Source: a virus (lineage: Duplodnaviria; Caudoviricetes). Taken from it: a stretch of DNA of 32,878 bases. The stretch lies in the IMG/VR virus record IMGVR_UViG_3300032290_000887, positions 1 through 32,878 of that record; one strand, 5' to 3'. The notes under the pieces are model-generated. The model was not told the DNA's origin and made no database searches. It saw only the letters and a program-made list of their open reading frames with translations. This document shows, in pieces, positions 15,223 through 24,421 of the stretch; position 1 is the first letter of the stretch, and each line of letters begins with the position of its first letter. The position numbers were made by a program, and so were the translations under genes.

Positions 15223-15499
15223 TCGAAAATTCTAGCTTGGAAAGTGAGTCCCAGCGAAAACTTCGCCAGCCTTCAGCTTCAACATCGTACACAGGTTGTG
15301 CTTCATCTGAATATTTTCGTGTTCCAGCACTTTCCGTTGACTTTTCAGACTTAGGAATTCGTGCTTCCGACAAAGTAGCGACCATTTCACGCTGCGTTCC
15401 GTCTTTTTTCGTAAAAGTCAGCGTTACAACTTCACTTTTTAACAAATCTCTCAACCAATTTCTTGTTTCAGCATCAGTAAAATCAAATTTTGCACTCAT
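15200..15499 (-). CDS. WYL_2 / Sm-like SH3 beta-barrel protein
   Basis: FTKKDGTQREMVATL and VYDVEAEGWRSFRWD motifs. Confidence 0.75.
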   Translation of the reverse strand: MSAKFDFTDAETRNWLRDLLKSEVVTLTFTKKDGTQREMVATLSEARIPKSEKSTESAGTRKYSDEAQPVYDVEAEGWRSFRWDSLSKLEFSIGDENVG

Positions 15500-15502
15500 T
15501 TT

Positions 15503-15889
15503 TCAATTCTCCGCAATTTCTTTAGCATAATTTTTCAGTTTTAATAGTGTAACACGACTTAGAGTACGTTTGAGGTAATCATCGACCCATTTATAGCTGT
15601 TTTCCGTCTTTCTAACAAAGCATCCATACACATTTGCACGGATCAAGCCGTGAACATATGCCTCTGGATCACTAAAAATCGCCTCAAAGTGGTCATCAAA
15701 TTCTGGTTCACCATTTTCACTCTGTTTAAAGAATATAACATGGTACATATCACCAAATTTTGAGCCACCAACTTTTTCACCTTTATCGAAATCATCCAAA
15801 AAATCAAAATAGGACAATTTCAGAGAACCTTCATCGTTTCCCGGCATCAGGTAAAAACCATCAAATTGGGTCGCATTAGGTTCCGACAT
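15503..15889 (-). CDS. Hypothetical protein
   Basis: Likely start MSEP after AAGGA; the track's longer start overlaps another gene. Confidence 0.7.
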   Translation of the reverse strand: MSEPNATQFDGFYLMPGNDEGSLKLSYFDFLDDFDKGEKVGGSKFGDMYHVIFFKQSENGEPEFDDHFEAIFSDPEAYVHGLIRANVYGCFVRKTENSYKWVDDYLKRTLSRVTLLKLKNYAKEIAEN

Positions 15890-16016
15890 AAACATCCTTT
15901 TGTACGGTACGCTTGCTGCGGTTACGGTCATAGACCTTCTTTGAAACCGCAACCCGCATACGGTACTTGGGTGTTCTCAAATCCTTTGCGATAAGGTTAC
16001 GCTTAGTGCAACTCAT
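15876..16016 (-). CDS. Small basic protein, ArfA-like (46 aa; not in ORF track)
   Basis: AAAGGA RBS; MSCTKRNLIAKDLRTPKYRMRVAVSKKVYDRNRSKRTVQKDVYVGT. Confidence 0.65.
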   Translation of the reverse strand: MSCTKRNLIAKDLRTPKYRMRVAVSKKVYDRNRSKRTVQKDVYVGT

Positions 16017-16171
16017 TTAAATTCCTTTAACGAACCTGCCCTACGGGCACCAAAAAACATTAGTAGAAGGCCAACAGCCGAAATTCCATAAAAAATCAAA
16101 TCAGAACCACCTTCAATACTGGAGGCGACAAACACGATTAAAAATCCCAAAAGAAAAGTAGCTATGCCCAT
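16013..16171 (-). CDS. Small two-TM membrane protein (52 aa; not in ORF track)
   Basis: MGIATFLLGFLIVFVASS...AVGLLLMFFGARR; start and stop overlap both neighbours. Confidence 0.6.
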   Translation of the reverse strand: MGIATFLLGFLIVFVASSIEGGSDLIFYGISAVGLLLMFFGARRAGSLKEFK

Positions 16172-16326
16172 CAGAAATTATCATCCGAAACAACATCAGA
16201 ATAATCCAAAACGTCAAATACCCACTCAACAGGTATGCCTAACTTCCGAGCTATCATCAGAGGAGTATTGTCGGAATCTTCCAACAAAATCTGAATATCG
16301 GTAAAAACATCTTTCATTACAGCCAT
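16171..16326 (-). CDS. Small hypothetical protein, possible HTH
   Basis: Start MAVMKD; TPLMIARKLGIPVEWV. Confidence 0.6.
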   Translation of the reverse strand: MAVMKDVFTDIQILLEDSDNTPLMIARKLGIPVEWVFDVLDYSDVVSDDNF

Positions 16327-16327
16327 T

Positions 16328-16594
16328 TTAAATCCTTGACAAATTAATAACACGACCTGGATAATCGTTGTGAAATACCGCAACAGGGCAATACACGATT
16401 TTACCAAATCGACCTTTATCTTCAGCATCCGACCATGAGTCTTTGGTCACAATGATTTTATAGGCATTGTAGCCTTGCTCGTTGGTGATTTCCAAAATTT
16501 CACCTTCAACGAAACAATCTTCACGACCAACCATAGGTTTAAAATCGTAAGAGCGAATAACATCACGGACTTCAAATTTTTCTGCTTTCAACAT
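16328..16594 (-). CDS. Hypothetical protein
   Basis: GAAAGGA RBS in the promoter leader; start MLKAEKF. Confidence 0.75.
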   Translation of the reverse strand: MLKAEKFEVRDVIRSYDFKPMVGREDCFVEGEILEITNEQGYNAYKIIVTKDSWSDAEDKGRFGKIVYCPVAVFHNDYPGRVINLSRI

Positions 16595-16623
16595 TTTCTT
16601 TCCTTTCTCATTCAACAGGATCC

Positions 16624-16651
16624 ATTATACATGAACTGGCGATGGTGTCAA
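16624..16651 (-). promoter_or_regulatory. Early promoter cassette; box at 16679-16696
   Basis: TTGACA-N16-TATAAT, then GGATCCTGTTGAATGAGAAAGGA leader. Confidence 0.88.
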
Positions 16652-16913
16652 GGGGCTGTGCAAAAATACAACACTTTATGTTGCTAAAAAACAACACTAG
16701 AAATTTAAATATTTACTTGCAATAAGAGCGAGAACCAAAACAAAGCCAAATAATAAAATTGGTGCAATGATAACGCAACCTATTGCAAGTAAAATACTAA
16801 TCATAATATAAAAAATACATAAACTAAAAAGCAATTAATAGCTGCATAAACAGCACCCATTAATAAAATGGTTGCTATGTCATATACGAGTCTAGGCATT
16901 ATTTTTCCTAAAT

Positions 16914-17396
16914 TTAAAACCTGTAAGTGCCGACTCGACCAGCACCGGCAGGCGGTGGTGTATTCCCATAACTAGCCGGGACAATCATGGTATTCTGAAT
17001 CGGTGTAGTGCTAACAGGTGTTGGTTGGTGTATGTATGCAATATTGCCAGGAACGCCGTAGTATTCACTTTGCGGTTGTGGGTAATATCCATTTTGTTGT
17101 GGTGGGGGCGGATAATATCCGGGTGGATATTTTGGTGCATGATAACCGCCTGGAGGATCCACAGGGTCGCAATGAACATTGATTGGAATTAAAACACGGC
17201 CGCCAGAATTGATTTTCTGAGCCACATATTCCACATTCGGTCGCATATTCTCCCTTGTACATTCCCTTGAGGCCTGTACAATTTCTTTCCGATGCATAGC
17301 TTCCGGGCCATCATAGCCAGACAACTTATGGACAGGCGGAGAAGAACAACCTGAAAGGGCGACAACACCAGAGACAACTAACAGTTTAAATTTCAT
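16914..17396 (-). CDS. Lipoprotein with Pro/Tyr/Gln-rich tail
   Basis: MKFKLLVVSGVVALSGC lipobox. Confidence 0.75.
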   Translation of the reverse strand: MKFKLLVVSGVVALSGCSSPPVHKLSGYDGPEAMHRKEIVQASRECTRENMRPNVEYVAQKINSGGRVLIPINVHCDPVDPPGGYHAPKYPPGYYPPPPQQNGYYPQPQSEYYGVPGNIAYIHQPTPVSTTPIQNTMIVPASYGNTPPPAGAGRVGTYRF

Positions 17397-17398
17397 TT

Positions 17399-17695
17399 TC
17401 AACTCCATGTACGGTGACGTTCCGCCACCCATTCGTTACCATCATATTCTTCAATGTACCAATCTACATCATCGGGAATTTCCACGATTTTTAAATCAGC
17501 ACAGGCACCGTTGGCAGCATCTCCTAATTCCTCAACAATCCGAATCAAAGCCGCATCATTACGGGAGATATCACGGTCATAAAAACCAGCATTAGGCCAT
17601 TCAATACCTTTCAATTCCAGGTAACGAGCAATTCCTGATTCCGACAAACTAAAACCACCATAGCAATTATTAATTACAACTTTCACAATATTCAC
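17399..17695 (-). CDS. Hypothetical phage protein
   Basis: N.CYGGFSLS and IVEIPDDVDWYIEEYDG.E pattern. Confidence 0.75.
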   Translation of the reverse strand: MNIVKVVINNCYGGFSLSESGIARYLELKGIEWPNAGFYDRDISRNDAALIRIVEELGDAANGACADLKIVEIPDDVDWYIEEYDGNEWVAERHRTWS

Positions 17696-18007
17696 CTAAA
17701 AAGTATTAAGAGTAGGTTCCAATTCCGCAATCAACTCACGTTCCCGTTGATGAGCGGGTTTTCGACCACGAACAATTTCCAAAACTTCGTACCGATAATC
17801 AGCCTCGATATTGTCACGGAGAAAACAACAGAAAGACCAATCCTTGTCTTCCTTCATGGCACGGCTAACGTGCTTCTGCCAGCGAACCTTAACTGACCGA
17901 ACAAACGCTTGACCCTGTGCAACGGTTAGACCGATGTACGAGTCTCCAGTATTTTCGCAAATAACACGATATAATACATGGTTACGGTCGGATCGTTTTT
18001 TTCTCAT
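17696..18007 (-). CDS. Small GIY-YIG family nuclease
   Basis: VLY...SYIGLT, RWQKH, ERELI...PTLN. Confidence 0.75.
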   Translation of the reverse strand: MRKKRSDRNHVLYRVICENTGDSYIGLTVAQGQAFVRSVKVRWQKHVSRAMKEDKDWSFCCFLRDNIEADYRYEVLEIVRGRKPAHQRERELIAELEPTLNTF

Positions 18008-18034
18008 AAAGATTCCTTTCTCATTACAGGATCC

Positions 18035-18062
18035 ATTATACATGAGCCACTAGTAATGTCAA
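18035..18062 (-). promoter_or_regulatory. Early promoter cassette; box at 18078-18095
   Basis: TTGACA-N16-TATAAT. Confidence 0.88.
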
Positions 18063-18085
18063 GCATTATTTTGAGAGTGTTGTTT

Positions 18086-18310
18086 TTAAGCAACATATAA
18101 TCCAACCAAGTAAATTGCTAATAATACTGAATTAATCAATATTAAGGAATATTCTTTCCATTTAATGGCAACGATTAACCATGATAATGCTCCAATATTA
18201 AAGAATATAATATTATAGGGATCCATTTTAAAACTGGTTAATAAGGCACCGATAATTGTGGTGAAAGTGGCAAACCACTTAATATAAAATATAGCATCTT
18301 TTTTCATCAT
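18086..18310 (-). CDS. Small three-TM membrane protein
   Basis: Hydrophobic ORF directly after a promoter. Confidence 0.7.
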   Translation of the reverse strand: MMKKDAIFYIKWFATFTTIIGALLTSFKMDPYNIIFFNIGALSWLIVAIKWKEYSLILINSVLLAIYLVGLYVA

Positions 18311-18316
18311 GGTTCC

Positions 18317-18344
18317 ATTATACATGAACCATGCCCAAAGTCAA
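18317..18344 (-). promoter_or_regulatory. Early promoter cassette; box at 18361-18378
   Basis: TTGACT-N16-TATAAT. Confidence 0.88.
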
Positions 18345-18347
18345 GGT

Positions 18348-18581
18348 TTATTTGGAGAGTTGTTGCGTGGAAACAACACTATCATCCGACCATCTGATCC
18401 TAAAGAGGGTCATCGAAAAAGAGTACTCGAAATCCAACCATGGGTAGTAGGAATCGTGTTCCTGAATTTCAGTACCTTGTTCTTTCAACCATGCTTTGAA
18501 TTCTTCATTGTCAGCATTCTTGTTTTCCAACCACCAAGTGGCTGCATTGACATAGTAGGGTTCAACAGGAAGTCTGTACAT
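18348..18581 (-). CDS. Hypothetical protein
   Basis: Operon-packed ORF. Confidence 0.65.
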   Translation of the reverse strand: MYRLPVEPYYVNAATWWLENKNADNEEFKAWLKEQGTEIQEHDSYYPWLDFEYSFSMTLFRIRWSDDSVVSTQQLSK

Positions 18582-18584
18582 ACA

Positions 18585-19040
18585 TCACCATGAGGAACTG
18601 TAGTAGAAATTAATATTGTAATCTTTAACCTGAGGTAAATCAAGGAGAACATCCAGACGTTCCACAGTATACTTCAAGTCCTCTAAGTACCATTCATCAA
18701 CCTCTGTGGAACCAAAGAAGAAGCCAGATTGTGGAGGAAGTAGCTCATCTGCTCTACTAGGATCAACCAAAACCTTATTACAGGTATCTCGCAATTCTGC
18801 CAAGGTTTCAGTATCAACAGAATACTCAGCGCAGTTATCCACACCATCTTGGATTTTACTTACGAACCAACGGTGAATAGCATTTGCCTTGCGCCAGTAC
18901 ATAGCCTCAAAACTAACCTGCTCAACTTCACCAGAGAAACCAAAATCAATTGCTGAAACTAATTCACGCAGCTTAGCGTCCTCAGGATTATACTTTGAGA
19001 GGTACCGCTTGGCTGTCAAGTACATATCTAAACCCATCAT
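18585..19040 (-). CDS. Hypothetical phage protein (MGLDMY...YWRKANAIH...YYSSSW type)
   Basis: Recurrent phage-protein pattern; GGAG RBS. Confidence 0.8.
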   Translation of the reverse strand: MMGLDMYLTAKRYLSKYNPEDAKLRELVSAIDFGFSGEVEQVSFEAMYWRKANAIHRWFVSKIQDGVDNCAEYSVDTETLAELRDTCNKVLVDPSRADELLPPQSGFFFGSTEVDEWYLEDLKYTVERLDVLLDLPQVKDYNINFYYSSSW

Positions 19041-19360
19041 TCACTCCTAATATCAATAACTTCAATAGACCCATGCCCTTCGATATCTTTCTTAAAGGAC
19101 TCTAGTACACCGCTTGCATAACCACTTAGACCAAACGAATTCTTACCACACTTGTAAACGCTACCAGAATGGTTGATAAACTCATAATGATCCTCATGCT
19201 CAATCGTTTCAGTAATCCCGGAACTTAACTTCCAAGAATCACTTCCAAGATAACCACCGTACCATGAAGCCATCACCTTGCGGTTAACTTCTCCATCATT
19301 AGTTCTAAACTCCACAACGATCCATCCATCGGGAGTATATGTTCTATCACTCATCATCAT
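19037..19360 (-). CDS. Hypothetical phage protein
   Basis: WYGGYLGSDSWKLSSGI...SGSVYKC pattern. Confidence 0.75.
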   Translation of the reverse strand: MMMSDRTYTPDGWIVVEFRTNDGEVNRKVMASWYGGYLGSDSWKLSSGITETIEHEDHYEFINHSGSVYKCGKNSFGLSGYASGVLESFKKDIEGHGSIEVIDIRSE

Positions 19361-19515
19361 TCTCCTGTTCCCAAACCATTAAATAGACCGAATGTAATTT
19401 CCTATCGGGGAAATGGTTTTTATAATTTTCCATTACATCTTCCAAATCTTCACCACCGAATAAATCAAAATCACCTTCATCAGAGCGACAACCATAAATT
19501 TTATCACCCATCATT

Positions 19516-19830
19516 TCACCTATCTAATTGACTCAACGCTTCACAGATACAAGAATCTGCACAGGACATTTGATCTTCAATATCCGTCAGACCAGCTTCA
19601 CAGGCCTCATGGTATACATCAGAAAGTAAATTCTGTGCTTGGTCAAGCTTATCAATCATGCCCTCACGATCATAGGAGATTTCCGAAGGCTGCCAATTCA
19701 CACACAACTCAAGCATACGAGCTCTCAAATCTAGAATCGTTTTCTCTTGTTCCTGCATAACCTTAGCATATCGTTTAACGATAGTTTTAAGGGACTCAAC
19801 TTCACTTACTAAATGGTGTGCATCACTCAT
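19516..19830 (-). CDS. Hypothetical coiled-coil protein
   Basis: TAATG coupling to the upstream gene. Confidence 0.65.
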   Translation of the reverse strand: MSDAHHLVSEVESLKTIVKRYAKVMQEQEKTILDLRARMLELCVNWQPSEISYDREGMIDKLDQAQNLLSDVYHEACEAGLTDIEDQMSCADSCICEALSQLDR

Positions 19831-20636
19831 TATTTACTCCCAATGTTAACCATGCCACGGAAATCAGCAGGAACAACAACAGTATTCACTTTACCGTTCT
19901 TGATGCCTTCTGAGATATTCAGCATAGCCTGTGCCTGCATATAGGCGATAGAAGCTGCCGATTGGTTAGTCAATGCTGCCATACGGCGAGATTCAGCTTC
20001 TGCGGTTTTAACTTCAACTTCTTTCTGTAGCAATTCATTCTTAGAGCGAACCAATTCGTTTGCAGAGACCACAACAGAATCAGCAGGAGTCAATGCACGA
20101 ATAAGAACCTGTGAAACGGTAATAGAACCACCAAGGTTTTCATCTTGCAATGTCTTAGCAATAATATCCTTCATGTCCTGTTCCATCAGAGCACGATTAT
20201 CATTCATGGTCAGAGCATCATACTTACGAGCCGCTTTGTATGCAGCATTCCGTGCAGTCTGAGCAACATAGTTATACATCAGGTATGTGTCACCACTTTT
20301 GTCGGTAGCATGGAAACTACGGTTCTTGGAGACGTACAACTCACTTACCTGAGAGGGGTTGATATTGTAAACGATAGTCACATCCATATCTTTCATGGTA
20401 GAGTTATCTTTTGCCAAAGGAGTCATATCATCAACCTTAACCGAAACATCACGGATAGGGAATGTTAGTACGTCACCGATTAAAGTCTGATTGAAGGAAC
20501 CAGGCATTAATTCGCCGGGCTTCACCTGCTTATCAAACCCAACACGGACACCAACTTCACCTGTTTCAATACGGGTACAACCAACAGTAGTGGCCACAAG
20601 ACCGGCAATAACAGCAAGTTTAAAATTACGATTCAT
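19830..20636 (-). CDS. SPFH/band 7 (prohibitin-like) membrane protein
   Basis: Signal/lipobox-like N-terminus, IETGEVGVRV, helical AE-rich C-terminus. Confidence 0.85.
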   Translation of the reverse strand: MNRNFKLAVIAGLVATTVGCTRIETGEVGVRVGFDKQVKPGELMPGSFNQTLIGDVLTFPIRDVSVKVDDMTPLAKDNSTMKDMDVTIVYNINPSQVSELYVSKNRSFHATDKSGDTYLMYNYVAQTARNAAYKAARKYDALTMNDNRALMEQDMKDIIAKTLQDENLGGSITVSQVLIRALTPADSVVVSANELVRSKNELLQKEVEVKTAEAESRRMAALTNQSAASIAYMQAQAMLNISEGIKNGKVNTVVVPADFRGMVNIGSK

Positions 20637-20823
20637 AAAATCCTCAAAATAAAATAACGAAAAATGTTAATACAGTAATAGTCAGTACAGTACATAGGAT
20701 ACTATAAGACACAAGTTTTGTCAAGCGCCACCGTTGTTTATTTGTGGCAGACCTGAATGCAAGTATGCCGAAATAGAAGGCAAAGAATAGCACATGGAAC
20801 GCTAATAGGAATCTAATCATTTT

Positions 20824-21009
20824 CTAAATCCTATATGTTGTGGTAGCTTTGTTACCTGTCTTGGGGTCAACGAATTCAATATCAACACCTTTTTTAAGTT
20901 CCTGATATAGTCGTTTACCAGCATCATCACATGACTGGCAAAGTTTGAAAGTTCCCAGTACCATGATGTAATTACCGTTATGTGGCTTTCTACAATTTAT
21001 ACAATTCAT
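20824..21009 (-). CDS. Small CxxC zinc-finger protein
   Basis: CINC...CQSC. Confidence 0.55.
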   Translation of the reverse strand: MNCINCRKPHNGNYIMVLGTFKLCQSCDDAGKRLYQELKKGVDIEFVDPKTGNKATTTYRI

Positions 21010-21257
21010 TACTCAACTCCATAATCACGCTTAATCAAGTAGCGTATATAATCAATGTCACCAGAACCATCATTAATGGTTTGCAGGATATCTTGGACAA
21101 TCAGTTCACCGAACAACGCAAGGTCTCCATCAGTACCTGGTTCTTTTGTATGAACCACAGTAACATCATTTCCAGTTCTTTCAAATTTAATAAAATAACC
21201 AGCTTGTTCAGCCAGTGCTGCTAATCTACCGTTCATTTTACTCTCCTGTTCCACCAA
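21009..21257 (-). CDS. Hypothetical protein
   Basis: Operon-packed; true start probably MNGRL. Confidence 0.6.
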   Translation of the reverse strand: MVEQESKMNGRLAALAEQAGYFIKFERTGNDVTVVHTKEPGTDGDLALFGELIVQDILQTINDGSGDIDYIRYLIKRDYGVE

Positions 21258-21460
21258 TGTTTTGCAGACTCAATAGCCTCGTCCCTAATGCTATATGTGC
21301 CTTTCTTTTCTGACCACGTTTCGTCATCAAATTTTCGTGATGTAGCGCCACACTCACAAACGACATACCACTTTCCTGGATAATATCCCCATGACCCACT
21401 ATCACTTTTCAATATTGGTTGTTTACCATCGAATGGGCAGGGTAATATGTCACGGTTCAT
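21233..21460 (-). CDS. Lar (restriction alleviation)-like zinc-ribbon protein
   Basis: LPCPF.G...VVCECGA...A...WNRR pattern. Confidence 0.6.
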   Translation of the reverse strand: MNRDILPCPFDGKQPILKSDSGSWGYYPGKWYVVCECGATSRKFDDETWSEKKGTYSIRDEAIESAKHWWNRRVK

Positions 21461-21684
21461 TTTTTCTTTCTCTTTTCATCTTCGGTTGATTTTGAACCAC
21501 TTGAACCACTCACAACAGGCGCTGGGGCAACAGGTGTTGGTTTAGGTGCAGTGACAGATGTTTTACCAGCCGATGATGCACGAGCTCCGCCGCCTCCGCC
21601 GCCACCACCACGACCACCGCCTCCTTTTGCCAAGGTATCTGCGTTAATGACAAGTGCTAGTAATATTGTTGCCAAGTATTTCAT
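21457..21684 (-). CDS. Secreted Gly-rich low-complexity protein
   Basis: Signal peptide followed by AKGGGGRGGGG. Confidence 0.6.
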   Translation of the reverse strand: MKYLATILLALVINADTLAKGGGGRGGGGGGGGARASSAGKTSVTAPKPTPVAPAPVVSGSSGSKSTEDEKRKKK

Positions 21685-21844
21685 TCTTCATCCTCATAAT
21701 GTTCATCTTCAGGGTGACCCTGATCCGGGCCAGTATAATGTGGGTTACGTTCCCATGTATCATAATCGGAAAGAACCCATTGCTGGTCTGCTCTATCTTG
21801 ACCAACAATCCAAACCCACTCACGAACTGCTTCTCGCATAAAAC

Positions 21845-22117
21845 TCATTTTAACATCCTTTTAAACACGGGAACCAAACGGCGCCGTAGACGCTCTTGGC
21901 GAGCTTCCGAATTATTACGCCAATCTACAGTATTGCGCCAACTATAACAATCGTAGTATTCATTATTAGAATACTCTGCATAAAACTTAGCAGCCTGGTG
22001 TGCTGATTTAAATCGTTTGGTATACAGATATTCTTTATTGAGGTAATAATCTTTCAATTGCCAATTAATTACAATTTGTTTAACACTCTCAACTTTAACA
22101 GGAAGTCGTTCATTCAT
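21845..22117 (-). CDS. Hypothetical protein
   Basis: GGAGG RBS; ATGA overlap. Confidence 0.65.
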   Translation of the reverse strand: MNERLPVKVESVKQIVINWQLKDYYLNKEYLYTKRFKSAHQAAKFYAEYSNNEYYDCYSWRNTVDWRNNSEARQERLRRRLVPVFKRMLK

Positions 22118-22341
22118 TTCTGTTCCTCCATAGACCTAACGAATGCTGCGAATTGCTCAAGGTTCAGGTTCTCCTTCAACTCTCTGGCAGCTGTTAATGC
22201 TCTCATAGCTAAACAATCATCCAAATGGTCAAACTCAATATCAGCACCACAACAGGCCATATAGTCAACACCATACTGGTCAGTAGCTCTGCATTCCGTA
22301 TACTCTTTAAGTGCTGCTACGATTAAGTCCAGTTGTTTCAC
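22114..22341 (-). CDS. Hypothetical protein
   Basis: Operon-packed ORF. Confidence 0.6.
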   Translation of the reverse strand: MKQLDLIVAALKEYTECRATDQYGVDYMACCGADIEFDHLDDCLAMRALTAARELKENLNLEQFAAFVRSMEEQK

Positions 22342-22664
22342 TTTAAGACCTCTGCTGATTTGAGCTCACCAGTTTCACCGTCAAAAGTCAAACGTAAGTT
22401 AGGGTGGATATTAAACCTCCAACCAGGTACATTGACCGTTGCTTCATGTACATAATTTGGTTTTGGTTCTGGCTTAACACGGTACTCAACTTCATTATCC
22501 CAAACAGGGTAAGCTACATCCCTCCATTCACCAAGCTTGCTTTTAAACTGAATCGTCTTACATTCTGCCCATGCTACGATACATTCATAATGTGGATGTT
22601 TCATGTTATTCTTCCCAAACGGCTGATTTCTTTTTAACTGAAATTTTATGTTTAGCTTCTTCAA
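22338..22664 (-). CDS. Hypothetical protein (true start probably MKHPH, near 22604)
   Basis: HPHY.CI.AWAE...IQ...W...P.W....YRVKP phage pattern. Confidence 0.6.
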   Translation of the reverse strand: MKKLNIKFQLKRNQPFGKNNMKHPHYECIVAWAECKTIQFKSKLGEWRDVAYPVWDNEVEYRVKPEPKPNYVHEATVNVPGWRFNIHPNLRLTFDGETGELKSAEVLK

Positions 22665-22791
22665 GAGTTTTATAAGTCGTTCCTATATTAAACCAGAAAG
22701 GACTAAACCAAGTCCGGCATTGTATAGAGTAACCACAATAGATATCAGGGATAACTCTATAGCGTGTTCTAAAGATACGTTTTAACATCAC
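22606..22791 (-). CDS. Hypothetical protein
   Basis: AAGGA RBS. Confidence 0.55.
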   Translation of the reverse strand: MMLKRIFRTRYRVIPDIYCGYSIQCRTWFSPFWFNIGTTYKTLEEAKHKISVKKKSAVWEE

Positions 22792-22945
22792 TTTAATTCC
22801 TTTAAGTTTTTAAGTTTACAATGTCCCACAGCATCCTTTGCAAATGCACTAACCTTAGGACACCAATCGTTAAATTTTGCCAATGGGGAATCCTTAGGGT
22901 GTCCCGCATTATGATGGTGTATACAACCACGACAATGCTTGGTCA

Positions 22946-23422
22946 TTATAACTTCAAGTCCTGTAGAGTAGCGGCAATGATGGTTTGAAACAATTCAGGG
23001 TTACTTACACAGGCACTCTGAGCATGATTGATAATACTCAACCTAGTTTGAAAGTCAGCTAACTGCTTTTCTTGGCGAGCTGCTTTCTTTTTGGGTTCCA
23101 GAATACGAGTTCCATGTAGAGTATTTCCCCGATGGGAAGTCCACTCTAGGTTTGATAATGCATTATTAAGTTTATCTCCATCCTTATGGTTCACAATAGG
23201 ATGCTTCTTGGGATTCTTCAGGAAAGTAATTGCGACTAGTCGGTGCAACTGGAACGATTTAGTCACTCCTTTAGAATTTGAAAGATTAACATTACAGTAT
23301 CCACTACCAGAGTAACCTTCAATAATTGTTTCCTTTCCTTTCTTATAGGAAATCAATCGACCATCAGTAGTGACAGCATAATCAGAATAACCTGGGACTT
23401 TCTTGGTAACGATTTTAGACAT
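22946..23422 (-). CDS. NUMOD4/HNH homing endonuclease-like protein
   Basis: VPGYSDYAVTTDGR, LHRLVAITF, VNHKDGDKLNNALSNLEWTS. Confidence 0.88.
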   Translation of the reverse strand: MSKIVTKKVPGYSDYAVTTDGRLISYKKGKETIIEGYSGSGYCNVNLSNSKGVTKSFQLHRLVAITFLKNPKKHPIVNHKDGDKLNNALSNLEWTSHRGNTLHGTRILEPKKKAARQEKQLADFQTRLSIINHAQSACVSNPELFQTIIAATLQDLKL

Positions 23423-23423
23423 T

Positions 23424-23543
23424 TTAAACCTCAAAGTAATCAGAATAGAGTTCCACCAAGCGCTCGCTAGGAAGACCAGAGAGCATATCGGTGGTGAAAC
23501 CGGGAACAAAACTAAGAACCTCAATCAATTCAGGGCGAGTCAT
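23424..23543 (-). CDS. Small hypothetical protein (39 aa; not in ORF track)
   Basis: GGAG RBS; MTRPELIEVLSFVPGFTTDMLSGLPSERLVELYSDYFEV. Confidence 0.55.
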   Translation of the reverse strand: MTRPELIEVLSFVPGFTTDMLSGLPSERLVELYSDYFEV

Positions 23544-23545
23544 AA

Positions 23546-23830
23546 TCAATCTCCGTAATAACCGTAATCTTCATCGGTACCATAACCGGCAGAAGCCATA
23601 CCAGAATCAAAGTCACCATCCATCGAATCATCAAAGTCCGAATCAGACAGCTCATCAGTATCAATGTCCATGGAATCCATGTAATCATTGAAACCGGTAT
23701 CATAAGCAATCGTATCCATCTCCCTCAGAATATCAGAGGGGTAGAAATCAATACCACCAATAACGACAGGGCCAGATTCATCTAGCATTTGGTTGTAGGC
23801 ATCATAAGCCTGTTCCATTGTTTTAATCAT
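23546..23830 (-). CDS. Highly acidic protein
   Basis: Asp-rich C-terminus ending DGDFDSGMASAGYGTDEDYGYYGD. Confidence 0.7.
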   Translation of the reverse strand: MIKTMEQAYDAYNQMLDESGPVVIGGIDFYPSDILREMDTIAYDTGFNDYMDSMDIDTDELSDSDFDDSMDGDFDSGMASAGYGTDEDYGYYGD

Positions 23831-23929
23831 ACAATGCTCGCTAAAAAGAGGTAAGAGACAAAGAAGGCCACAGTACAGAGTACCAGGCAAATAACATCTT
23901 CCACAAAACTGTATTTCATAATCTTTCCT

Positions 23930-24136
23930 TTAATTACTGCACAAGTAGCAATCACCGTCTTCGGCATCAACATCAACGACCTGGTACCAGACATATTTAA
24001 AACCATTAAAACCATAGACAGGCGATGCCTTGATGAAGTCACAGCGATCATTTGCCTGTGCTTCGGTTGGGTATACACCCAAGATGACACCTTCTCCGTT
24101 CTCAAATTCACCACGGACAATATGTATTAACTGCAT
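23930..24136 (-). CDS. Hypothetical protein
   Basis: AAGGA RBS after a promoter. Confidence 0.7.
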   Translation of the reverse strand: MQLIHIVRGEFENGEGVILGVYPTEAQANDRCDFIKASPVYGFNGFKYVWYQVVDVDAEDGDCYLCSN

Positions 24137-24174
24137 ATAACTTCCTTATTAACTTTATCAACTCAACAGGATCC

Positions 24175-24202
24175 ATTATACACGAACCAGTGGTGGTGTC
24201 AA
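24175..24202 (-). promoter_or_regulatory. Early promoter cassette; box at 24210-24227
   Basis: TTGACA-N16-TATAAT. Confidence 0.88.
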
Positions 24203-24421
24203 GCTAGACTGTTGTATTAAAGCAACAAAATCAAAGGCATATTCATGGCCTACCAGAGACACCTCAACCTTGCCATTGTAGTCCTTAAACAACTTGGAGA
24301 ACACCTGGCGAGCATCAGGTTCACTTGCAATAACAAACAAGGTACCATTCACAAAGTAAGCCTGACGATCCTGTTTAAGAACCTTTGCCACTTTATCTAA
24401 TACGATTTTCTCGAAAGCCAT
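24176..24421 (-). CDS. Hypothetical protein
   Basis: GGAGG RBS; C-terminus reads through the promoter cassette. Confidence 0.65.
   Translation of the reverse strand: MAFEKIVLDKVAKVLKQDRQAYFVNGTLFVIASEPDARQVFSKLFKDYNGKVEVSLVGHEYAFDFVALIQQSSLTPPLVRV

Noticed and set aside
16613-16621. ATCCTGTTG shared between early-promoter leaders and the 3' arm of the CAGCAA hairpins
   Set aside because: Only 9 nt with no testable mechanism from sequence; may be coincidental.
21585-21625. GCC/ACC trinucleotide repeat
   Set aside because: Explained by the poly-Gly tract of ORF 21457..21684.
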